In this document: positions 38,010-49,085 of the stretch, one piece after another | Layout of the letters: every line of letters begins with the position of its first letter | Numbering within the stretch: position 1 is the first letter of the stretch | NCBI GenBank assembly: GCA_977030845.1 | Contig: OZ365118.1 | Span: forward strand, 17,422,001-17,486,000 | Direction: 5' to 3' | Length of the DNA: 64,000 nt | From: Fimbriosthenelais zetlandica | Taxonomy: Eukaryota | Notes under the pieces: generated by a model | Database searches by the model: none | What the model was told of the DNA's origin: nothing | What the model saw: only the letters and a program-made list of their open reading frames with translations | Position numbers and translations under genes: made by a program

Positions 38010-38979
38010 ACATTTAAAATGCTGAAACAGACTTTGCGATATTGATGTTTATCCCATACTTCTAAAAATGGCTGAAATGCAGTGTGATTGCAAGAGCAAA
38101 AGTGTTTTTGTCTTATTGAGCTGGTATTGGAGGTGCTTTTCCAGTATTGCATCTGGGGGAGGGAAGCTGGAGGTCGATGAGCGAAACAGTGCGATTACAG
38201 CACGATTTATCCTTCCTCTGAGGATTCAACAACCCTCTCTCATCAGATTATCCTTCTCCCAGCCCGATAATCCTTCCCCTGAGAAAGATAATCCTCTTAA
38301 GAAGAGCCCTGTGGGAGTGAAAGAAGGGGTGGCGAGGTCAGCAGGGTCGTGAGGCACTTTAATACCAACACACTTGGTAACAATTATTCCCCTCTGGTAT
38401 ATAAGTCTTGTTCCAAAGCTGGGTTTGTTTTTACCAATGGGGTATCATCTTCATGGAGACAGTTAATCATTATTTCTGATTAACTCTTAAGTTTCTCGCC
38501 ATTAATGAGCCTGATGGGACAATGGGGCATCCCGTATTTAAATTCAAATCATAATCTGGAAAGCTTGGGAAAAAATGTTTTAAGAAGGAAAAGGTTGGCA
38601 ATAAAACCTCGCAAAATACTGAGAAGATTGTTGACCCTTGGTTAAAAAATTAATATACTGTTTGTCTTTTAACTGTAACTTGAAACTTTGAAATGATAAA
38701 GAAGTATAAGAAAATGAAGACTTAATTGGCCTCTGGCATTAATAACCTCCTCATATTGAGTGATTATTAGGAACAATTTTCATAATTTTCTTTTGGTAAA
38801 CATGAGTCTAAGAGATTTGGGGGTAAAGACTTGGGAGCAATTATAATGCATTAATTTGATCATTTGGCGGAAGCATGTGGAATAGGGGTCATTTCAGACC
38901 TTGGGGTATGATCAAACTGAGGGATGAATTTCTTCAGTGTTATGCATGGATCATTATATCAGTCTTTGGGCCCAATCAA

Positions 38980-39027
38980 CTGCCCCTGCCCCTGCCCGAC
39001 CAGCTGCCCCTGCCCCTGCCCCATCAG
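38980..39027. repeat. 24-bp tandem pair built from CTGCCC hexamers
   Basis: ctgcccctgcccctgcccgaccag followed by ctgcccctgcccctgccccatcag. Confidence 0.9.
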
Positions 39028-42000
39028 CTCTTCCAGTCCCACCATCTCCTCTTCTCTCAGCAGCGCCTGTTCCACCAGCTGCCTCTGCTCAGACCAATCG
39101 CTGCGAGTTGCTCTGAGCTTGGCTGATTGAGCAGGAGAGCAAGTTTCACACCTTCTCCATATCTAATGCTTAGCCCGCTTACATAAATACTCCAGGTAGG
39201 CCCCAGCTGCGCTTCCCCTTCCTCTCACACCCGACTCCCACATCTGTCAGCGCACATCATGGCTGAGGCTTGTGGTGGCGACTGGAAAAAGACATCTTTA
39301 TTGCTGTTTCATCGACTAGTGAGAAAAAGAGATCCAGTCTTTTACTTGCGGGATCTTCAAATGCAGGCAGTGTCAGCAGCTTCAATGACCAATTAAATGC
39401 CATTTCCTTGGTTTTTACCTTTCATCCATTGCGGTAAGCATATACCTGGTTCAAAAATACTGCTCAATGCGCATAAATTGGACACCGATTGAAATTTCTT
39501 GTGAACGAAATAAGAAGCCCAGTGCAAATATGAGTGCAGGACAAATGTACGAGCACAGATATTAGGGATTTGAGCGTAAAGCTCCCGGAGCAGCAAATGG
39601 ACCTTGGCCTAAATGCCCTGCACACTCGGTGAGTTCACATTATAGATTCGCCCCATGAAGATCACTGAAGACCATCCATCTGTTCCAGCATCTTAGCCCG
39701 AGCACATGGTCATAAGTCTTCAAGAGCCCTGGGGGAGGGATAAACCTTAGGTCGCTTGATTATTGCCCAGTTGTTCGCTTATTTAACCCTTTAGTGCCGT
39801 AGGCGCCATTTTATCCACTGTAAATACTCGAGTACTGGGCCTGGTCACCGTGCCTCTATGGCCTGCTTGAGGGAGCTTGTAATCTAGCATGAATGGAACA
39901 CGAGCCATCTTAGACCCATATAAAGTGGACGGAGTGGAGGCCATTCAGTCAGCTGTCTGCTCAGGTCATCACATGTTAAGTGATTCCCTCTCCAAGTTGT
40001 ACCTCTTGATCCTTTCACTTCACCCCCTGTCCCATCTCACCCCCACACACCCCCATCCAAGGCACCCTCAGCCTGTGTACTATACCCACCCCACCTACAG
40101 TTGTGACCGCTTTTAGAGCAGCTCGCTTGTGGTGCATTCATGTGGAAATGGTCGGTATAAAAAGTGCACTGTTTGACACAGGGACAGGCCAGCGTTCACA
40201 CGAGGCGGCCATGATGGCTTTCACGAGTCAGGCTGCCTTGCTCTGTCATCTGTTGTCATGTGGCCCAGCATGGTGTACGTATAGAGGGGCTGGCGTTAAC
40301 TACCCGTATACCAGTAAACGTAGTGGGTGTGGTTAAGTCAACGTGTTGCTCACAGTGTTTATAAACCATCAAAAGCCCGCAGCCGGAGGGCGGGTGACTG
40401 GGGGACGCCAAGCCGCCACGCACCACACTTTAATGGATTCCGTTGCTATTTTAGAACAAAAGTGGAGACGAAATTAGAGGGCGGGAAAATACGAGGACTG
40501 GGATGGTAGGGAAAAGAGTGGGGGCGAGTTCCACCCACAGACCGAAGCATGAAGGTCGCCAGTGTCACAGGCTGCCACTGGCATGCGGAACCTTTCACAT
40601 ATAGATTTGATGTAAAGCTCATTACTAAAGTCCATGGGGGGATTTATGTAGGGAATCGGAGGGATGATAGCTAATTGATACCCAGGTTTTGTCAGAGTTC
40701 TTCCGGAGAGGCCGCGGATTAGGATTGATGGCTGTACGGTAATGAGAACGTAAGGCGAGGCTTCTTCTAACAATCAGCCTGCCTCCTCCCAAAACACAAT
40801 TACCATCCAACTAAAACTGTCAACAGGAAGTAACATTAACTATGCATCTTTCCCCACCACCTTCCTTTTGGCCCATTAACCTTCGTTGTCATTATGTATT
40901 GAGGAGTCAATGTCCATATTAGATGAATCTGACCTGGAGGAATGAGGTCAAGGCCGTGACCTACACTCGTACCCACAATGCCCCAAGCGGAAATTGACGG
41001 CGTTGCAGGAAATAGTTGACACCGACCCATAGTGTCAGTTACAAATTTATACTACCTCGACTTAAGCAAGCCTTTTCCTGTTTATATTTGAGTGGAAATG
41101 CATGATCAATCAAGATCGGATCCACATTTTAGTCCGATATTAAGCGAAAAAGATAATTAACGATTCATTGCAAGGAAAGTATTACATGGGAATTTCTGTA
41201 TGAAAACCGTTCACATTAAGTCAAAGTTGATGAATCATTTCTTAAAGCACAACAGCATGAGCTTTTTCCCATCGATGATTTTGAATTAAGGATTCTTTAT
41301 GAAGCAGACATCAAAGAACAATGTCAGATTTTAATATTGCATGGGAAATACGGAACAGATGGACCTTGTCATCGAGTCGCATCAATTATTACAAGTGCAG
41401 GGTGGGTACGTATTGGCAAACAGACAATGGGGAATCCACACCTTGACCGCTAACCCATTAACTCTTATATTCAACCTAATCATTCACCTACATATCTAGT
41501 ATGTTACCGGTCAAAAACAACAAAAGTCATTACCGATTCCAGTCTGTGGAGATGTGTCCTGGTGGAGAGTTTCCTAGGCTCTGCATGCTGGTAGACGAGT
41601 TGGGAGTATATAAATACTAACTGTAATGCTTCACTGGTCGCATGGTTTAATAAAGCTAAAAAGGGGGGATTCTAAGAATAGTAGTGTATTACACTGTTGA
41701 AGATATATAACTTTAACCAGTGAGCACCCCTTATGTGTGGAAGGGTCTATAATTCCCAAAAGAGCAATGCAGGATAGGAAGAAAGGTAGTACCTTGGTTC
41801 TATAATGTTACATAAGGAATTCTATAATATTACATCTTGACACCACTATAGTATCATTAAGATAGCCCTGGTCCATATATCTAATGCCTATACCTTCATA
41901 CATAAGTAAGGCTGCATATGTGTGACTAAAACTGAAGACTTTAGGCTACTCTCCCATCCACCCACTACTTTTGGCCCACCCTCACTTGTTCACTCTCGCC

Positions 42001-44701
42001 CACCCACCACCACAATGACCTTTGTAGTACGGGGAGATAGCTATCGATCGTTATTATTGGCTCTTCTTCAATAGTCAATAATACATCGATACCAGTGGCT
42101 ATGGTATCAGTGAAGTGCATCCCAGGCTGGCCATCTTCCATCTCGGCTTCTGTACTCACTAGATCCTCCTATATTATAGACTAGCAGTGCACTCAGTGGG
42201 ACTCAGTGAGAGGCCTTAATGGCTAATTCTTGACCATTATTTGACTGTATTATATATGGATTTTAGGGAACTAGATGACATTGTTTTCCTATTGGAAATT
42301 GGAGGACCACTAGCAATATGGTGGTTGCCTGAGATTGTCAGGACAGATTAAGACTTAAAGCCCTCGATTCTACAAGCTAGATCTCTAAGTGAGTTGGCTC
42401 ACGTCCTCATGCAGGGTTCGCATTTCTCCAGACACATTGTTACAAGACCTGCTCGACTAAGAAGCAGCCGAAACTTTACAGTACAAAGGAGATAACTATT
42501 TGTCATGAACATATCATATAGAAGTGAATGGCGTACCTGCTTATGAATAAGAGAATGTAAGAAAGGGGATGAGGAATGGGCGTGACAGTCTGAGGTAGAA
42601 TGCTTCATTTTGTTCCCTCATGCACAACTTCTGAAGTTGCCAGACGACCGAATTTCAACTGTACATGTATTAATATACTGTACAAAATGAATTGAGCATT
42701 GGTGAGAGATGAACAGCAGCCGAAAACATATTCCACTTAAAGGAATCCGAGCATTAAATAACAGGGCCACATTAACACATGTTCCGTCATCGACGTGCCA
42801 CATTTGAAGTGTTTAAATACTCCAATTTTCAATGGCTTTTTTTAGACGTCCATTTAGAAATCGAAGACCTTTGTAATACTGCACATTGCGACAAAAAAAC
42901 GTTGGCACAGCTTTCCCTAAATAAATACACTTTCCAAGGCCTTTTGAACATTGTGCCAATGCAGGTTTATGAACGTACTTGTGTCAGGGTGTACAGATAT
43001 ATGTCAAAGGCCTTTTTATTACAACACTGTAAATCTGTTATCTAAGAAGGATCCACTTAGAGGGTCCATAAGTGATTTTTTAGAGATCCAATATTAAATA
43101 TCTACCCAAGTACCTACACCTGTTTCTCAAGCAAGGTTGACAGAAAGAAACCCGACTAGATATGTTTCAGGGAAAAATGGGTGTATTTCAAAAGAATTTC
43201 TCCAGTCAACCTCTCTGTTACACATTAATTGACTTCATCAAAACCGAGTGGAGATAAGTGTGAAAATGAGAGATTTCAAGGAGAGTTAAGACATTTTATC
43301 AAACGTTTTCTCTCAAAACCGTATTAAGTGCAATGAGGTGTTGAGTACCTTTCAAAATCCCACATATTTCTGTTTTACAACACTAGGTAATTAGGCCTAT
43401 ACCTCAGCCTTTTGTAATAGATTTTGAAGCCCTGGATGCCTACTAACAAGCAGTCCACCCTCCACATCAATCCATCAGACCATTTTACCTGTGCCCTGTA
43501 TTGATAGCCAATGTTTACAGGTTGTTGTTACACTGTTTTGCTGAATACATTAATATTACTGAGATAACAATCTGCTGACAAAGAAGGAATCAGCCACAAG
43601 CGCAGCTGAAAAAAAAGTAGCCAGCACTTTTGTTGTTCCCTGGGCAACAATACTCGATGACAATGCAACTCTGCTAATTATTAAAAAACAGCCTCACAAC
43701 AGTTTACTTGTACAGAGAATACAATCATACTGAATCATTCAATGGGTGATGTGGGGAACTTGTTCTATTACTCATATAAAATTATATATTTTATTCTCCC
43801 GCTAATGGCCATTTAATAGTAGAAATTTTACAAATCAACTTCCTATAGTTCAATGACAGCGTATAGGTTATGTATGGACAGCTCTTTAGAAAGATAAGAA
43901 GGATAAAGAAAGCTTGCACTCTGGCTGGAACAAAGTTTAAAAGTACATACGTGTATTTTGTCCAGGTAAGGCAGGGCAATCTTTTCAGTGCGTGGGATTA
44001 AAGGACATGTCCTTGGAGGAAAATTGATATGAGGACCCCACGTGGAGAGAAAGGAGCAAGAAAAGGACTCGTTGACCGACTCTGAGTCATTCATGAGTAG
44101 CTCGCCTTTCATCCCGGGCTATAAATGATGATAGCTCCCCGTCAATTGATTGCCCCCCTCCCCTTACACTTCCTCTCCGCTTATTGACTATGTTTGCACA
44201 TACTCTCACTGGGCGACGGAGCGGCCCTCCCAGACTGGCAACTCACAACCATTCAGGTTTGAAGTGCGTGTAAAGCTTTTCCCATACAAAACACATTTTA
44301 CCTCATCCAAGGGGAAGCGAGTGAGTGTGTTGGTGAGTGCATTGGGACCAGAATGAGTGCGCTTTTACTTTGATTCCAATCGATCAGACCTGCACATATG
44401 TACATCCATTTGTAAGTGTGGTGTGTGAATGAACCACCGGGCTTTAGGAATGATGTCGCTTACATGGGATGGAGAAATAATGAAAGGTACGGATGAACGT
44501 GAAGAGTGTGGATCATAGGCTGTCCTCAACCCCACCTGACAGGTCCTGAAGTACAGGATGGTCGTAGTAGGAATTAAAGTACGTGTTTCTATTAAGGATG
44601 GCAGGAGAAGCACAAATACAGATGTCATTGACAAAGGTAGGAAAACCAAGCAGGTTTTGAAGTAGTAATGGGATCAAAACGCCCAGATAAGAGTCCAACA
44701 T

Positions 44702-44990
44702 GCCCTGGTAGGATCGGAATTAGGACAAGGACGCCCTGGTAGGGTCCGAATTCGGACAAGGACGCCCTGATGGGACAAAGACGCCCTGGTCGGGCCTAAT
44801 GTAGGACACAGATGCCCTGATAGGGCCTAAAGTAGGACAAAGACCCCTGGTAGGGTACAAATTAGATCAAATATGACCTGGTAGGGCCTAAAGTAGAAAA
44901 AAGAAACCTGGTAGGGGATGAAGTAGGTCAAATATGATGTGATAGGACCGGAAATAGGTCACAGATAACCTTGTAGGGCTTGAAGATATA
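44702..44990. repeat. Degenerate 31-bp minisatellite, about 10 units
   Basis: Units start at 44702, 44733, 44764 (19-nt truncated), 44783, 44814, 44845, 44876, 44906, 44937 and 44968. Consensus is approximately GCCCTGGTAGGGCCTAAAGTAGGACAAAGAC. Confidence 0.92.
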
Positions 44991-45553
44991 ACTGGCTTCA
45001 CCGTTCAGTGCATGGGTTATGCAAATGGGAAAATGCTATACAGGTGGATGAAGAAACTGTAACAGATCTCAGGTAGACTGAGTGGAGTTGACAGTTAAGA
45101 GAGTGACAGTTAAAGTGAAGTGTCTGCGTGACATGGCCTTGTAAAGCGGACTGGTGGACCATTAAAGCCTAATTTGCCACCTCCTGCTTCCATGAGAGTC
45201 AAGCAGCTTTATTGACCCAGCTAAACAGCATGGACACAGACTTATATAGACACTACTTCGTCCCCTTCTCCACCACCTTCTCCTCCTCCTTCTTCTTCCA
45301 CACACCCACACATTGATTTTATAACAGATGGTAAACTAGCATGACTTCCCTCCGGTTTCCTTGCCTCATCCCTCGCCTGCCCACCATCTTGACCCCGCCC
45401 GCCGTGACCTTGCCCCTCAGATCAAGAGTTAGTTATGTATATGTGGCACGATTTTTTATCACCGTCAGGTGATTAGTGTGCTAATGTTTGGCCAAGGGCA
45501 GGGAGGTTTTTAATATGGCGGCCTTCTTCCCACGGAACTGGGCCATTACTCAC

Positions 45554-45625
45554 CTGTCTCCAGCCATAGTAACTATAGTACACTATAGCTGACGGGGCAC
45601 GCTTGGCGGATGTCCGACCACCGGT
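45554..45625 (-). other. Candidate 72-nt exon with a perfect donor and a possible start codon
   Basis: Donor CAG|GTGAGT and a moderate acceptor tatatatgtgattag|. It contains actATGg at 45567 (MAGD-, phase 2) and is also fully open in phase 0-0. Confidence 0.27.
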
Positions 45626-47463
45626 CTAATCACATATATAGAGTAAATATTTATACATGCCTCTCCTAGCTTTAATTAGGAATACATTGTGCTCAATATA
45701 TATGTCTGGGAATGAGCGGGAGTTGCCGGCTGATTCTATCTGGACCTTGTCGGAGTGGAGCCTCGTGATTTAATCATGGAGGCCATCAAGTTTTGTGATT
45801 TAATCACCGCTGATAGTCCGGCCGCATGGCATTTTCGGCCCGTGTAATCACGAAAGAAGCAAAAGGAAGAGAGTTTGGGAATGAATCGATAATGATAGTG
45901 GATCTCAGACTCACATGAAGGTAGTTGATAGTGATTGGAAGTGGTTGATGATGGGTCCAGGCCATGAAGGCAGGTTTTTTGTCGGTTTAGTGGGATGTGA
46001 TAGTTGATATTGAGGGAGTGAGAGGGGAGCAGTGGTTGAATTATTGATGGCTAGGGCAGGTTAAGGTTAAATCAGAACATGTCCTGGGTGCATCAACAAT
46101 TCCAAACATGAGCCTCACACTGTTGTGTTGAGGCTGGGATTAAAATAGGTGCCTAACGGGTGCTTATCAGCGGGGTGAGATATACAGGGCTCATTTAATG
46201 GACATTTTAATCACAGGCGCCTTATCACATCCCGGCCTTTAGCCCCAAAAATGAATTTATGAATGGATAGAAAAATCTGAACAAGTTGTCATTGAATAAT
46301 GGCAGAAAACAACTTTGTAAAGAGTAGGGGAACTGCTCGGTTGGATTTCCTAATGAAAAGAGGAAATATAGGTCAAGTTCAAGGTCTCCACCCTTCATAT
46401 TTCATTTATAACGGTGTCTAATGTAAAAAGCAAGTCTTCTAAAAGTCGTGGCAGCTATATTTGGACTTTCATTTCCATTTTTGGAAGTGCACCATTTTGT
46501 TTTGCAGGCACTAGATTAACCAAGCTCTCTGACACACACAAGGGAAAATCCGTATGGCAGGCGATATTAGCTGGAGTCCATTTCGGTTTTAAGTTGCTTC
46601 TATTTGCCAGGCTGCAAGTTTAGAGGATTCCACTTGCAGAGCTCCCATATAATCTGAAGCCCAAGGCAATCATTTTATTGACTGAAGGAGGGTTTGGAGA
46701 AGCATATAGAATCAGCCACTCTCCCATCCTCAAAATGGACTCCACATATCTTGACGGCTCATCCTGGCTGTCTTTAATGTGGGAAGGGTATGAGTGGATG
46801 GCAGCTTGGTCAGATGGTCAGCAGGACTGACCAATAGTTATTAAAGGAGTATACTGAGTAGCAAGGCAAAATTTGAGACACAGCAGCTGTTCAAATATAG
46901 AGATCTACTGTTTCTTAATCCAGGGTCCAGGCCCAGGCCTTTGAATACAAAGCATATATGATGTACTTGACAGTGGTACCAAGGTATAATAGCAAAATAG
47001 GAAAGAAGGGAAACAATAGGATTGGGAGACAATGAAAGTGGGCATCAGAATTACGAGGTTGCCATGCTGCTGATGGATTTTTTTATCACCAATCAAGGCA
47101 GTGAAACTTTAGGAGGCTCAGAGATCGGGACACAATGTTTCTGCTGCAAATATTGCCGGGTTTTATAGTGAATGCATAAAAACTTGAGGCAAATATTCAC
47201 AAACATCCTCGGAGATGATCCGAGGCAGAGATAGGTTATGAAGAGTAGACCGGGCCCAGCGTGATTGTAGTTGACATTCCATCAACTTGTGGACAGAGAG
47301 TCCAGGTAATGAGCTTGGAAATTATAATTAGTAGGACAGGGAATAATAAGCATTGATTTTTGTCCATCTGAGGAATCACTTCTGTTAAATGAAGGAATGA
47401 ATTGATGAGATAAAAACAGCCTAATTGGCATCATGTAGTCACAATTACCAGGCACAATTTCAT

Positions 47464-47796
47464 GATTGGCGAGGCGGGACAGAACACTCTTCCGGGAGGC
47501 CTTACCGACTCTCTCGGCAAGCTCACGCCAAACCCAAGAACAATTGATAAACAGAGTGTGGCTGACCCTTTGGGGTGATGGAAGGGAAGCGGAGCAGTGC
47601 GCATGCGCCCACGCATGCGCACGGGCAATGGGAGCGTCTGACATGCGCAGGGAGTCTGTCAGTCAGAGTGTTGTCTCTCTTGATTAATTGGCAACATTTG
47701 CTGATGAAAGGAAGAGTTTTGGACGCTCTCTGTAGCCAATCAAATGCCAGAGTGCTTGTGCGCATGCTTAACCTAGCAGGCCTGGAGGAGGAAGTG
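47464..47796. promoter_or_regulatory. CpG-rich promoter-like region with clustered NRF1/EWG-type sites
   Basis: TGCGCATGCGC 47598-47608, CGCATGCGCA 47612-47621, CATGCGCA 47642-47649, TGCGCATGC 47759-47767; CCAAT boxes 47464-47469 (-) and 47734-47742 (+); GC box ~47471-47478; ETS cores TTCCGG 47490 and GGAAGTG 47790. Confidence 0.6.
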
Positions 47797-47892
47797 AGGA
47801 CAGGGATGGGAAGCAGCAGCAGTTACTGTAGTCAAAATAAACCATCCAGCTGGATTTTAGTATAAACGTGCTTAAACCTTTCAAATGGGAAA

Positions 47893-47902
47893 ATGGATGA
47901 AG
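47893..47902 (+). CDS. Candidate initiating codons of a first exon (MDE-)
   Basis: aaaATGg context and donor AAG|GTAACT at 47903. The phase-1 join to 48709 keeps the frame open. Confidence 0.27.
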
Positions 47903-48708
47903 GTAACTGGAGAAGACTTTAAAGGAAATGAGAGAGGTTTATGTGTCTAAATGTCGATCTTCCGATGGTGTCATATAGCTCGGATAAGCCTTACAGAGAT
48001 GTCGTGCATTTTTGTTGAAATTGTTACTTCATACATAGATCCATCTGCTCTTAATATCAAAGTAACTCATACGCCACTGAAGGAGTTTATAATAGATACA
48101 ATAGACTTCTAGTTCCTCCATAGATACTTCCTTGAAAGTTTTCAAGAATAAAACGGTGAGTAGGGGTGAATAAAAACCAAAAAAATAAACGACAACAATT
48201 TCAATGGGCAACATTTAAAACAACGAGAAAATCAAATGTGAAATCAAACCATGTTCTACTCACTCACTTGTCCTTGTGTACATTGTCCGATCACATCAAA
48301 ATGAATAAATATTATTATTAGTCTATCAAACAATCAATCATGAACGTACTTCAATGAAAAATTACCATTTCATTAACTAACTCTATAGGAGACCTACGAT
48401 TCATAGAAATCACACATCGAAATTCATACCGAAATAAATTGGCTAAACCAACCATTCCCTCATGGACTATTTCTGTAGGAATCTGTTATTCCCTTCAGGA
48501 GTGTTTCAGTATGAATCAGTTTTGTCCATCTGTAAGTAAGGCTGGAGCATCTTGCCTCTCCATTGCCTCTCTACACACCAACATTTCATGAGATGTCTCA
48601 TTGTAGACATACTGTACAGCGATACGTTCCCTCCGCGCCTCTCACCCCATGTTAATCTGCCCTCTACCCGCCTCAATGCTTCACGTTTTTTTTCTTTTCC
48701 TCTTCCAG

Positions 48709-48769
48709 ATTCCATCGCAACATCAGTAAAGAAGCAAGCAACTGGAAAGCACCCTTGGTGCCCTCAATG
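48709..48769 (+). CDS. Candidate 61-nt exon, the best-defined in the window
   Basis: Acceptor gttttttttcttttcctcttccag| and donor ATG|GTAAGT. Open as (D)SIATSVKKQATGKHPWCPQ- or xFHRNISKEASNWKAPLVPSM; alternatively a 5'UTR exon ending in the start ATG. Confidence 0.52.
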
Positions 48770-48987
48770 GTAAGTCTTGCATGTCTAGTTTTATATGAGG
48801 GTGGGTTTGGTTATCAGCCCCCCAAACAACCCCCCAACCCACTACTTTACAACCACATGATAGAATATTGATCATGCCAACCCAATCAGGATGACCTCGC
48901 CTTATCAGCATCCTTGCACTTCCGGGTCACTTGACATGGGGGCTTCCACTTGCCTTTCACGGGGACCGCTTATATGCTAGTTAAAAG

Positions 48988-49085
48988 GGGCCCGGGACTC
49001 TGCATAATTAAGCTGTTAAGGGTAGGTTTTTTCAGAATCCAGCTAGCTACATAGGGCCCTGGACGCTGGATGATTAAGCTCTTAA
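48988..49085. repeat. Diverged 32-bp direct repeat pair, 66-bp spacing
   Basis: gggcccgggactctgcataattaagctgttaa versus gggccctggacgctggatgattaagctcttaa: 27/32 identical. Confidence 0.75.

Noticed and set aside
39783-39800. TTAA-CCCTT piggyBac-like terminus
   Set aside because: No matching opposite terminus found in the window, and no transposase.
44702-44990. 31-bp palindromic repeats as a CRISPR array
   Set aside because: Units are head-to-tail with no unique spacers, heavily diverged, in eukaryotic context, and there are no cas genes.
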